DNA of 64,000 bases, taken from the NCBI GenBank assembly GCA_963752595.1, contig CAVVYZ010000013.1:96001-160000 (forward strand). Direction: 5' to 3'. The stretch comes from an uncultured delta proteobacterium. Its GTDB lineage: Bacteria; Desulfobacterota; Desulfomonilia; UBA1062. Each line of letters starts with the position of its first letter. Within the stretch, counting starts at the first letter, position 1. This document shows, in pieces, positions 7,966 through 17,294 of the stretch. The position numbers and the translations under genes are program-made. The notes below the pieces were generated by a model. It made no database searches. It was not told the origin of the DNA and saw nothing but the letters and a program-made list of their open reading frames with translations.

Positions 7966-9274
7966 TCATAATGTCCCAATATGTACAGAACTCGACATGA
8001 CTCCAGGAATCTTTGCGACAGCATCGACAATTAAATTAATCCTGTGGAAGTCCTCGACTATCAGTACTGCGACTAGGTCTACCGAGCCCAATGTACGGGT
8101 AACTTCTAATACTTCCCGGAAATGCTTTGAGTTCATTCTCGACATCTTCAAGGAATTTAGGGTGAGAGAGTGTAAGGTTCGCGTACACCTTAATCTTCCC
8201 CCCTCTTGGCGGTATAACTCCTTGCTGTGTAGTCTGCTCTTTTGACCACTTCTTATGAATTGTTTCAATTAGCTGATCCGTTGCACGGCCTACATTACCA
8301 TCGCGTAAATCGAGATATACAACGTCACGGAGAAGGGGTGGGATCTCAACATCATCCAGCAAGATTGGCAGTAGTATTGCTTGCCCCTGGCCTGAGATTT
8401 GCCAACTCATTGCTGCATTCAATTCTTTTTGAGCCCAAGCACTGCTTAGGGATTTGTTCGAAATAAAGAATGCAACAAAATCGGATGAATCTAGTCCATG
8501 GGCGATGTTTTGAATCAGACTATCGCCTGTCCTAATTTCTGCTTCATCAATCCATACTTTTATACCGCCTTGTATAAGCAGCTCAGCCACATTGCGGACA
8601 ATACCCTTGTCAGCATGAGAGTGACTGAGAAATACCGTTGGCTTTTGGTCAGCGTTTGCAGTAGCCGCAACTCTAATAGTACGGCGAATGGTCGACAAGA
8701 TAAGGTCGCGTGACAATCCAAGTTTTTCAGATTCGCCCACGAGTTCCTCTATATCAGACTGCTTAAGGCCAGAGTTGGAGTGGCTTTTCCCGAATTCCTC
8801 AATGGTCTGCATTGTACGCCCAAGGTCAGCAGCCACACGAACAGCCAAATCATGCCCATTTTTGAAGTATGCAACTGTGTGACGTTCCTGAAGAACACTT
8901 TTCCATCGGTCGAGTAGACGAATTTTTTCAGGATCGCGTTCTATGTTTCTTGGCAAAACCGGAGTGTTCTCATCAAGCATATAGACGAGACATGGCTTCC
9001 TTAGTCGAAATCCTTCCTCATATTCGGCTTCCGAGAAAGAGATGCTAAGCCCCGATACAAGACTTCCATAACGATGTCCAACTATCACAACGAGAATATC
9101 GCTCTTTCTTACCTCCGCTAAACAGGTCTCGATTGGCACATCTGGACGGGCACCAAAAAATTCCATTGAATCATGCTGCAACTGCAATTTCCGAACAGCA
9201 TCCAACACAGCCTCTCGTTCGTCCGCCAAGTCAGAAAACGTGCTGCATAGAAATACCATCAAGTTTCGTTTCAT
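7966..9274 (-). CDS. DUF4062-TIR-(Lrp/AsnC RAM-like) multidomain protein, 1-nt frameshift near 8116 (cassette gene)
   Basis: DUF4062: VFLCSTFSDLADER...CLAEVRKSDILVVIVGHRYGS...SEAEYEE. TIR: VFLSHSHADK...VWIDEAEIRTGDSL...SAWAQKEL. The tail continues in the 7966-8268 frame (see findings). Confidence 0.85.
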
Positions 9275-9293
9275 CTGATCGTTCCTGTTATAT

Positions 9294-9354
9294 GCCTAAC
9301 GCTAGGCATCAGCCGCGCGGCTATGCCGCGTCGGCCTGGATGCGCTGGTTAGGC
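9294..9354 (-). mobile_element. attC site
   Basis: GCCTAAC...GTTAGGC, 61-bp imperfect palindrome; contains the TAA stop of the 9349-10416 gene. Confidence 0.92.
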
Positions 9355-10416
9355 TTTTACTCGTCTGACTAAGGACCGAACCCATGACATAGCAGACTCA
9401 ATGGCCCAGTCAGTTTGAGGTTGTGTGAGCGTTGGCATTGGCTCTGATCCCGGGCCATGCCCAAGTGAGTTCCGAACCTTCCGAAAATAGTCTTTTAATA
9501 TCTCACCCTCCCACGGAGCGAGGAGGCTACCATTGTTCTTGCTCACTAGATTATCTATGTACGCGGCAGCGCCGGTTTCAGTTCCACGTGTCCAACCCTT
9601 TATGTCTGAAACGATTTTTATTGCGCTTTCAAGCGCCTTTGCTGCGAATATGGCTGGGTCTTTATCATTTGAATCTCGACGATCAAGCGCCTCCTTCATA
9701 TCGATGTCCACGTTCGCCCAAATCGGGTCAGCAACTAGCTCCCAAAAAGGCTTTGCGATGTTCTGCTCGATCGTCTGATCGTGGGAAACTTGAATAAAAC
9801 CGTTGTGATATGTCAAAGGTGCTCCGGCGCGGCGAAAGCGCTCGTTGAGTTCGGTAACTTGTTCACGAAACACGTTATTAATGGACGCATTCCAAGCTTT
9901 GGCTCCGTCCACTGCACTTCCCTGGACCCTGAAAGCTCTACTTGGAGTGAGATTGCGGAATGCCGCAACATCAAGTGTTTGGGGTGATTGTGCGTTAATT
10001 CTGGCGACTTCTTCCTCTCGTAAACGCATTGCGAGTTCGATGAAGCTGAGCCTATCTTTGATGTAACTGTCAGGATCTTGAAGTCCAAGGTGAGGTTTTG
10101 CTGTGACGAACTGCTCGCAAACATGGTCCCAGCCAAACCAACCTGAAATTGGGAACTCTTGCCCTAAGGCATTCTTTTGTGTGTATGAATAGTAGCGTTG
10201 AGCAAGCTCTTTGAGACCGAGTTCTCTAGCTAGCCTGTCGTGCAAACCCTTCCACTTAACTTTGTTTGATGCGTGTTCCTTGCCGTCAGAGTCATAGTAG
10301 GGGAATAGGTCCCTTGCGATAGCGATTGTTTGCGTTAAAAGACGCCCCTCGTGCTCTGTATAGGTGGACCAGATTGGGAACTTGAGATACCTATATGCAA
10401 ATATGTCTGTCAGCAT
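9349..10416 (-). CDS. AbiJ-like (NTD4-type) protein with C-terminal HEPN domain (cassette gene)
   Basis: N-terminus MLTDIFAYRY...LHDRLARELGLKEL; ELNERFRRAGAPLTYHNGFIQ; AAKALESAIKI; HEPN R-x4-H motif RNSLGH. Confidence 0.75.
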   Translation of the reverse strand: MLTDIFAYRYLKFPIWSTYTEHEGRLLTQTIAIARDLFPYYDSDGKEHASNKVKWKGLHDRLARELGLKELAQRYYSYTQKNALGQEFPISGWFGWDHVCEQFVTAKPHLGLQDPDSYIKDRLSFIELAMRLREEEVARINAQSPQTLDVAAFRNLTPSRAFRVQGSAVDGAKAWNASINNVFREQVTELNERFRRAGAPLTYHNGFIQVSHDQTIEQNIAKPFWELVADPIWANVDIDMKEALDRRDSNDKDPAIFAAKALESAIKIVSDIKGWTRGTETGAAAYIDNLVSKNNGSLLAPWEGEILKDYFRKVRNSLGHGPGSEPMPTLTQPQTDWAIESAMSWVRSLVRRVKA

Positions 10417-10453
10417 TTTTCGTCCTCTGCGAATATTCGATTTGTGTCCTTAA

Positions 10454-10510
10454 GCCTAACGTGCGGATCAGCGGCGGCTGAAAGCCGTCCGCTGGATTTG
10501 CTGGTTGGAT
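10454..10510 (-). mobile_element. attC site
   Basis: Minus strand ATCCAAC...GTTAGGC, 57 bp, with internal stem cagcgg.cggc tgaaa gccg.ccgctg. Confidence 0.92.
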
Positions 10511-10537
10511 TTTTTCATATACGAAATCACTTAACAA

Positions 10538-11263
10538 TTATTTATTTCTATTCTTCAGCTTTGCTTTGCCCTGCGGACCTTCTGGCCTAACTTCAATGTT
10601 TACCCACACAGCTGATCCTTCACCTTTTTCAATTTTGTGGGATTTTACAGCATCAAAACCTAATGCAAAAAGTTCGTGAACTAAAGCCTTTGATGCTTCT
10701 ATACTTTGTTTATCACCTGTACTTGCAATTGTAATTCCTGTTTCATTAGGTGATACTGAACCAAAAGGCGCACCAGATTGTGCTAAATTAATTTTCGATG
10801 CAGGTGAAAAAACAATCCATTTTGCAGACTGCAGGGCACTACCAAGTTCCCATGCTAAAGTTTCAGCTTCTTTATCGCCCGCACCATACCATATGCTGAC
10901 TGGCTGTCCTGAAAAAGATGCAAGTTTCGTGGTGATTAATTGTTGTTGTTCTTTCGATAACCGTCTCCAAGCGAGATCCTCTTCAAGTCTTATGCGTTCC
11001 AATCTTTCACTCTCTGCTTTTTCATTTGCTTCCGCTGCGCGTGCATCAGCATTAGAAACAGCAACTCTTAGCTCCGTAGATTGTTTTTCAAGAGTTGCAG
11101 TGCGTTCACGAGAGTCAGCGAGCTCCCGATTGAGATATTCCTCTTTAACATTTCCCATCCAAACAACCAATACGGTTGAAATGATGCCTATAACGAGACC
11201 AATAATTAATCCAACATTTGAGACGTCATATAACCATATTGCGGTCTTCAAAGGTGGCCACAT
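10538..11263 (-). CDS. Single-TM coiled-coil hypothetical protein (first cassette gene)
   Basis: RBS AAGGAG, MWPPLK..., TM segment GLIIGLVIGIISTVLVVW, coiled coil (ADARAAEANEKAESERLERIRLE), then an alpha/beta domain. Confidence 0.8.
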   Translation of the reverse strand: MWPPLKTAIWLYDVSNVGLIIGLVIGIISTVLVVWMGNVKEEYLNRELADSRERTATLEKQSTELRVAVSNADARAAEANEKAESERLERIRLEEDLAWRRLSKEQQQLITTKLASFSGQPVSIWYGAGDKEAETLAWELGSALQSAKWIVFSPASKINLAQSGAPFGSVSPNETGITIASTGDKQSIEASKALVHELFALGFDAVKSHKIEKGEGSAVWVNIEVRPEGPQGKAKLKNRNK

Positions 11264-11574
11264 ATTTTTTCTCCTTGGTTCTGTCAAGTAACACTGATGA
11301 CAATCCAACGATTACTATACTGCATATTTGCAGCCCAATATGATAATAGGGGTAGTTTTACGACTATATTGGGAAAAACTTATGGACTTGATCAAGTTCT
11401 ATTCCTCCGGAAAATGAGTGCACTCCGTACATGCTGGGTGAGCGTTATTTTTGATGGTAATCTCCTCTTCATTGCATGATTCATTCGATCCTGATGTGGT
11501 GGGTCCGGGATGTATTGCATTATGATCTTGTTGCTGAATGTTAACAGAGGGTTAAGGCAAAGTAAAGGGAGGAT

Positions 11575-11608
11575 AATAAAAGAAGAGCCCGGAGAAAGGT
11601 CCGGGCTC
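11575..11608 (-). terminator. Rho-independent terminator of the 576-aa gene
   Basis: gagcccgga-6 nt-tccgggctc stem followed by a U-rich tract on the minus strand. Confidence 0.75.
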
Positions 11609-11649
11609 ATGCCATAGAATTATCTATCCGGAAAATCCGGTATAATTCT

Positions 11650-13380
11650 TCAGTTCCTTGTTTTGGATTGTGCCATCATCGTTTCCGTGATCGGGTGCTC
11701 TTCCGGCAGATGATCCGGCAGGGATTTCTCCACGAGCAGCGTGTCGTTGTTCTCTATCGGGAGCACGTTGAGCGTGTCGGCAAAGGATATCCAGTGGGGC
11801 AGGTTGAGCTTCTTGCCCTCCGGGTGGTTCCAGGTGCGGTACCAGAAGAGGTCGTTGACCGATTTCCTCTTCTCCATTGCCTGGCGCTCCGCGATCATGG
11901 CGTCCTGCTCGCGCTTGGCGCAGATCGAGATGACCGCCTGCATCTTGTCGCCCGGCTTGATGGCAGGGGCGAGGACGTCGGCAAATCCGACCGCGGTGCT
12001 CGTTACAAGCTGCTCTTCGCTGTCGAGGAGCTCGGTGGAATGGATCGGGCCGGTCATGCAGAAGGCGCCGTATTTCAGGTCGTCGCCCTCGGGGATGTCG
12101 GTCGTCCCGTCGAGGTGTATGGAGTTCAGGCCGCACTGGATCGCTTCGCCCACGGCATGCTCCACGACATCGATCGCCAGTTTGTACTTTTTCACCATTG
12201 CCATGTCGATGGCGAAGAATACCACCCTGTGGCCGTCCTCCCTGGGTTTGAGAACCTTCTTACCCATTTCGACGATGATCTTCGCATACTGCTTGTAGGT
12301 CTCGAAATCGCAGGCGCTGAACCTGGGGTCTTTCTTGTTTATTTCAAACGCATCGAGCACCTCGATGAATGCCTTGTCCATGCCTCTCTTGGCGCGGTTT
12401 CTCATGAGAGAAAGGATCAGCTTGCCCTTGGGCGTGGTGCCGTCCATGATGTGGAGCTTGACTGCCTCGCGGACGCCCAGCCTGCTGAAGGTGTAGTTGC
12501 AGCTGCCCACGAAGTTGTCGATGACCCTGTCCGGAACCGTCAGGCTGAAATCGGCATTCCGGCGCTCGCTCTTGCGCTCGATGAGCTTGGCGCCTGCAAC
12601 GGCCATCATCTGGGGGTCGAAGGATGCCCTGTCCTCGATCTGCTTGAATCCGAGCTGGACGATGGTCACGATCTTTCCGCCCTGGTCCATGCCCGGGAGC
12701 ATGACGAGGTTTTTCAGCATCTTGTAGCCCTCGCTGTTCAGGCCGTTCGCGAGCTCCTCGGACAGAGAGTGCCTGATCACGTTCATCCCGATGTTTCCGC
12801 CGAGCACTGCGCCGATCCCATTGATGAGGTTGTGCTCGAAGGTGCCCATGTCGAGGTTCTCCAGGCTGCGGACGCTGGGAGGGATGGGCTTCCGGCGTAA
12901 GCCGAGAATGTCCATGAAGTCTCCCTTGTAGCCCGTGTTTATCAAAACCACCGTTGCAAAGGCGTTTTCTGCAAACCTCTCGCATGCCTTGACCACCTTC
13001 ATTTTCGAGAAGGCTTCTTTGCATTCGGTGTTGAAGGTCCAGTCGAAGTACATGCCCTGCCAATGCTGGGAATAGGTTGCGCACGAGGCCTTCAGCCCGC
13101 ATGCCAGCACCTGGCCGAGCCTGTATTTGTTCGGCGTCTCCTTGATGTTGAACGGTGCGAAGTCCTTGCCCTTATAGAAGCTCGAGCGCCAGATGTGGCG
13201 GATGGCCTGGTTCTGCTTCTCCGTGATGGAGGTGGGGCAGATCAGGTAGGGTATCTCGCAGGTGCCGGGGTGGCGGGCGGGATACCATTGCGACCGGTGT
13301 ATCGCAGCGTTGCCCTCCCTGGCGATCTTCCTTCCGTCATTTTTCCCGTATACTCCGCTTTCGCCCTGTTTTTTAACCAT
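11650..13380 (-). CDS. Hypothetical 576-aa cytoplasmic protein, family not recognised
   Basis: Long ORF with host-like GC3 bias, strong RBS AAGGAGG and its own terminator. Confidence 0.88.
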   Translation of the reverse strand: MVKKQGESGVYGKNDGRKIAREGNAAIHRSQWYPARHPGTCEIPYLICPTSITEKQNQAIRHIWRSSFYKGKDFAPFNIKETPNKYRLGQVLACGLKASCATYSQHWQGMYFDWTFNTECKEAFSKMKVVKACERFAENAFATVVLINTGYKGDFMDILGLRRKPIPPSVRSLENLDMGTFEHNLINGIGAVLGGNIGMNVIRHSLSEELANGLNSEGYKMLKNLVMLPGMDQGGKIVTIVQLGFKQIEDRASFDPQMMAVAGAKLIERKSERRNADFSLTVPDRVIDNFVGSCNYTFSRLGVREAVKLHIMDGTTPKGKLILSLMRNRAKRGMDKAFIEVLDAFEINKKDPRFSACDFETYKQYAKIIVEMGKKVLKPREDGHRVVFFAIDMAMVKKYKLAIDVVEHAVGEAIQCGLNSIHLDGTTDIPEGDDLKYGAFCMTGPIHSTELLDSEEQLVTSTAVGFADVLAPAIKPGDKMQAVISICAKREQDAMIAERQAMEKRKSVNDLFWYRTWNHPEGKKLNLPHWISFADTLNVLPIENNDTLLVEKSLPDHLPEEHPITETMMAQSKTRN

Positions 13381-13466
13381 AAATCCTCCTTCTTAAGATG
13401 GTGTAATCATCGATGCTGAAAGATAGACGATCCTTTGTTTGGTGTTCCTCCGGAACGAAAAGAGCC

Positions 13467-14483
13467 CTATGCGCTCCGTTCCTCCGGCGGGATGAAAAAC
13501 CGTTTCCCGCCGGCTTTTTCCCCGACAAACCCGTTGAACAATGTCTCGAGGATTACAGGCAGCTCCTCCTGCAGGGAATGTCCCATGCCGGACTGCAGCC
13601 ATTTGTATACAACCCCGTCGATGAAACCCATGATGCCGTAAAATGTCGTATAGAAGTTCATGGTCTTCACCTTGCTGCCGGTGTTCAGTGCAACGATGCG
13701 CTCTTTGAGCATGGGCAGCCGGTGAAGGATGGTATGATAAAACATTGCCTTTCCTCCCGGCCGGTACATGATCTCCTCTTTCTGGATCAGGCGGTAGAGC
13801 AGGTGGTTTTTTTCGATGAACAGCACCCAGCACGAGAGCGCTTCCTCTGCCAGCGTGAGAATGTCGTCCGCCTTCAGGAGCACGTCGTTGAAGATAGCCA
13901 CGATCTCGTTGATTTTTTCAGCCAGGAGCTGCTCTAAGAGGTCTTCTTTGGTCTTGAAGTTGCGGTAGACCGTCCCTTTGCCGACGCCGCTCAAGGATGC
14001 GATCTCATCGACCGTGGTGTTGTGGAAACCCTTTTCGACGAACAGCTGCAACGCGGCGGTGAATATGTTTTCCCGGTTCACCTGCGGAGCGCCCTTCTTG
14101 ACTTTCTGCGCAGGCGGCTGGGTGTGGGTCAGGACCATGCGGAGCCTCTCGGGAGGGACCGAGATCTTGCGTACGTTTGCCAGGGATGCCTCCTCGACCG
14201 CGGCACGGAAAAGCACGGAGGCTTCTTCGTTCAGGCCCTTTTCCTCCAGGTAGCCGGTGATCTTTTCCAGGAGCGAGGAAAGCCATTCCCCGGCCTGGTT
14301 CTCGAAGTCATCCCTGTTCTTGGCTTTTGCGTTTATGAGTGACATGTTTTCCCTGATGTGGGTGCGGAAGGTATCTTCGTCCGGGTGTCCGTCCGGAGAG
14401 AAATATTTCCCTACTTCGGCGTAGAGATCGAATCGCCTTCCCCCGGATTCGAAATGTAATGATCCTTGATCGTCCTTATCCAT
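13467..14483 (-). CDS. TetR/AcrR-family regulator with ~135-aa N-terminal extension
   Basis: HTH RENIFTAALQLFVEKGFHNTTVDEIASLSGVGKGTVYRNFKTKEDLL; RBS GAGGAG before MDKDDQ. Confidence 0.92.
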   Translation of the reverse strand: MDKDDQGSLHFESGGRRFDLYAEVGKYFSPDGHPDEDTFRTHIRENMSLINAKAKNRDDFENQAGEWLSSLLEKITGYLEEKGLNEEASVLFRAAVEEASLANVRKISVPPERLRMVLTHTQPPAQKVKKGAPQVNRENIFTAALQLFVEKGFHNTTVDEIASLSGVGKGTVYRNFKTKEDLLEQLLAEKINEIVAIFNDVLLKADDILTLAEEALSCWVLFIEKNHLLYRLIQKEEIMYRPGGKAMFYHTILHRLPMLKERIVALNTGSKVKTMNFYTTFYGIMGFIDGVVYKWLQSGMGHSLQEELPVILETLFNGFVGEKAGGKRFFIPPEERSA

Positions 14484-14511
14484 TCTCAAACAGCTCCTCA
14501 TATAAAACATA

Positions 14512-14525
14512 ACGGACTAGTCCGT
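14512..14525. promoter_or_regulatory. Putative TetR operator
   Basis: Perfect 14-bp palindrome ACGGACTAGTCCGT just upstream of the TetR gene. Confidence 0.65.
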
Positions 14526-14688
14526 CCTATAAATTATTCCCGGCCCTTTGTCAATGAATATTACACAAAATAAAGTTACATATGCAAAGAACGGTTAAGG
14601 CCGGTAATATAAACGAAACATGTGCCTGATAAATACGTCTAAGTTACACACAATGGGGCATGTGATTATGCGCCGTGTGGTTCTCCTG

Positions 14689-14733
14689 CCCCCTCTTCCC
14701 CGTTTTCGGGGGAGAGGGATGGGGAGAGGGGGC
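14689..14733. repeat. REP-like GC-rich palindrome
   Basis: cccctcttccccgttttcgggggagagggatggggagagggg, from the CCCCTC-x-CCC-x-CCCTCTC repeat family. Confidence 0.55.
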
Positions 14734-14809
14734 AGCAGGGCTTTATTGAAAATTAATTCGGGATTAATCAGGGTAGTATTTACTCTGTAAGGCCTTATTA
14801 TTAAAACAC

Positions 14810-14865
14810 CCCCTCTCCCTGTCCCTCTCACGACCCGCTTTGCGGGTGCCCCGGGGTAGAGGGGA
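14810..14865 (+). repeat. REP-like repeat, copy 1
   Basis: cccctctccctgtccctctcacgacccgctttgcgggtgccccggggtagagggga; near-identical to the reverse complement of 22080-22134. Confidence 0.85.
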
Positions 14866-14912
14866 CGTGGGGAAAAACAAAAAAGGGATATTTTTATCAG
14901 GAGGTTTATCGC

Positions 14913-15275
14913 ATGAAGAGGATTTTCGGGACATTGCTGCTCATCGTTTTAATCGGCTGCGGCACTGTTGCCTATGCCGAGGATCTGGATGTTGACTGTG
15001 ATTGCAAGAAGGGCGGGCTGGGCCTTCCCATCGGGAAGTTCATCATCGGCATCGGCTTCAGCCAATTCAATGCAAAACCAGGATGCGACCAGAGCATCGG
15101 GGTGGGCATCGGCATTGGAAAAGAGACCCATCGCATCCAGCTGGGGGCCGGGTATAATCAGGGAGTCTTCGGGCTGGGCATAGGGTTCAAAGGCCCTGAA
15201 AAGGTAACGGTAATCGGACCGGTTATAGGCTATGACTATGGAGACTGCAGGCTGGTCTGGCCCTATGAAGAATAG
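14913..15275 (+). CDS. Small secreted Gly-rich protein
   Basis: RBS AGGAGG; signal peptide ending AYA; repeated IGIGF/VGIGIG/LGAGY/LGIGF/IGYDY strands; four Cys in the mature part. Confidence 0.8.
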   Translation: MKRIFGTLLLIVLIGCGTVAYAEDLDVDCDCKKGGLGLPIGKFIIGIGFSQFNAKPGCDQSIGVGIGIGKETHRIQLGAGYNQGVFGLGIGFKGPEKVTVIGPVIGYDYGDCRLVWPYEE

Positions 15276-15377
15276 TTTTCATTGTACAGCCGGAAGGCAA
15301 TGCTTTATTGTATTGATATCGAGTGTCTGGACATAATCATATACTGATACGACAAAGGGTTTTAAAAGGGGGTTTTG

Positions 15378-16269
15378 ATGCATATTCGTAAGGTCCTGCT
15401 GCACGTTCTGCCCCTGGTGGTTTCGGTCAGCCTTACGGGAGGATGTGCCGCGAAGATCGCCAGAATGTCGGTCGACGGCATGAAGCCCATCATGGTGGAG
15501 ATGCGGGGCGCCACGAACAAGAACCGCGACTCGCAGCTGGTCATGGATGCGATGCCGGCAATGCTCATCCAGATGGACGGCTTCATAGGGGTATCGCCGG
15601 AAAACCGGTATCTCCTCACGAGCGCGGCAGAGGCCAACATGGGGTATGCATTTTTCGCCGTGGAAGACAAGAACAAGGAACGCGCGAAGTTCCTCTATCT
15701 CAAGGCACGGGACTATGCATTGAGAAACCTCATGCTGAACAAGACCTTCAAGCAGGGCTTCGCGCAGGATGATATCGAGGTGTTTACCCGCGCCCTGAAG
15801 ACCGTCCACAAGAGGGACGTCGCGCCGCTGTTTATAGCGACGAACAGCTGGATGTCGTGGATCAACCTCGCGCATGCCGACAACCCGTCGGCCCTGAAAG
15901 ACCTTCCCAAGGTCGAAGCCATGATGGACCGCATCCTTGCAATCGATGATACATACTATTACGGCGGCGTCCATGCGCTGCTCGGTACGTACTACGTGCC
16001 CGGCCCGAGATGTTCGGCGGCCGGCCTGAAGAGGCGAAAGAGCAGTTTCAGGAGGCCTTCGAGATATCGGAGTCCAAGTACCTTCTGTGGCAGTTTCTCT
16101 ATGCAAGGTATTATGCGGTCCAGACCAAGGACAGGGGGCTTTTGTCGCCACCTTGAACAAGATCGTCTCCTCGCCGCCGGATATCCTGCCGGAAGATGCG
16201 TTCGCGAACGCGGCGGTAAAGAAGAAGGCGGCGGAACTGCTGCTTCACGTCGACGACTATTTCCAATAA
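15378..16269 (+). CDS. TRAP-T TatT-family lipoprotein (frameshifted)
   Basis: Lipobox LTGG-C; LPKVEAMMDRILAIDDTYYYGGVHALLGTYY; across frameshifts it continues MFGG..EEAKEQFQEAFEIS..KYLLWQFLYARYYAVQ...ANAAVKKKAAELLLHVDDYF. Confidence 0.85.
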
Positions 16270-16331
16270 ACCATGGCCGTATTCGCGATTCCGTCCTTCA
16301 GTGAATATGGCCGCAGCATGCACAGGAAGCC

Positions 16332-17294
16332 ATGAGACAGTACATCCTCAGGCGGATTCTCTACTCGTTTCTCATCCTTTTCTTCATATCGATCTTCATC
16401 TTTACGCTGGGAAGGGTGCTTCCCGGAGACCCGGTGCAGGCCGTGCTCATGACTTCCCGGATGGGCCCGGTGGATGCTGAGGTCATGGAGGATCTCAAAG
16501 CCCAGTTCGGCCTGGATAAGCCTCTGCCCGTGCAGTACCTCGTCTGGGCCGCGAACTTCATCCGGGGAGACTGGGGCATTTCCATAGCGAGCGGCGAGGA
16601 GGTGCTGCGCCATGTTCATGCACCGGCTGCCCATCACCCTGGAGCTTTTTTAGGCTCGGTGCTTCTGGGTCGTGCATCATCGGGTTCCCGTTCGGCATCA
16701 TCTCTGCGCTCAGGCGCAATTCACGGCTCGACGTCTCGCTGACGATCGGTGCCATCATCGGCATTTCCATCCCGGTGTTCTGGGAGGGGATCGTCATGAT
16801 CTATCTCTTTGCCGTGATGATTCACATCTTTCCGCCGTCGGGCTATGTGCCCTTTTCCGAGAGCATGAGCGGCAACCTCCTCTCCGTTGCCATGCCCACC
16901 TTCATCATGGGCACCCAGGGGGCAGGGCTCCTCTGCAGGTTTGTACGGTCGAGCCTGCTGGAGGTTCTGGGCCAGGACTATATCCGGACGGCATATGCCA
17001 AGGGCCTGCACAGGACAGGCGTGATCCTCCGGCATGCGGTGAAGCCTGCAATGATACCCGTGGTCACGATCGCCGGCCTTGCCTGGGGCTATGTGGTGGC
17101 CGGGTCTTTTCATCGTGGAGTACATGTTCGCCATCCCGGGCCTGGGGCGCATGGGCGTAAACGCGATCTTCGCAAACGATTTCCCGGTCATCCAGGCTAC
17201 CCTGGTCATGGTTGCGCTCAATATCCTGACCGTGAACCTCATGGTCGATCTCCTGTACGGATACATCGACCCGAGGGTGAGGATGCAACAATGA
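16332..17294 (+). CDS. dppB: Dpp/Opp-type ABC permease B (frameshifted)
   Basis: YILRRILYS...LPGDPV...GLDKPLPVQY; RSSLLEVLGQDYIRTAYAKGL; DLLYGYIDPRVR. Confidence 0.88.

Noticed and set aside
5347-9274. Complete CBASS or Thoeris system
   Set aside because: No CD-NTase or ThsA-type partner is recognisable; the only Sir2 protein (61-62 kb) is a housekeeping CobB type far away.
6437-10510. Repeated palindromes as a CRISPR array or terminators
   Set aside because: They are spaced by whole genes (0.4-1.4 kb), have AAC/GTT attC ends, lack U-tracts, and no cas genes are present.
12100-12170. Class II aldolase/GatZ-like assignment for the 576-aa protein from EAIQCGLNSIHLDGT
   Set aside because: Single short resemblance; I could not find the other family motifs.
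11668-13102. Long overlapping ORFs (410 aa +, 252 aa -) as genes
   Set aside because: Antisense or alternative-frame shadows of the 576-aa gene, typical of high GC3; the same applies to most overlapping ORFs in the track.
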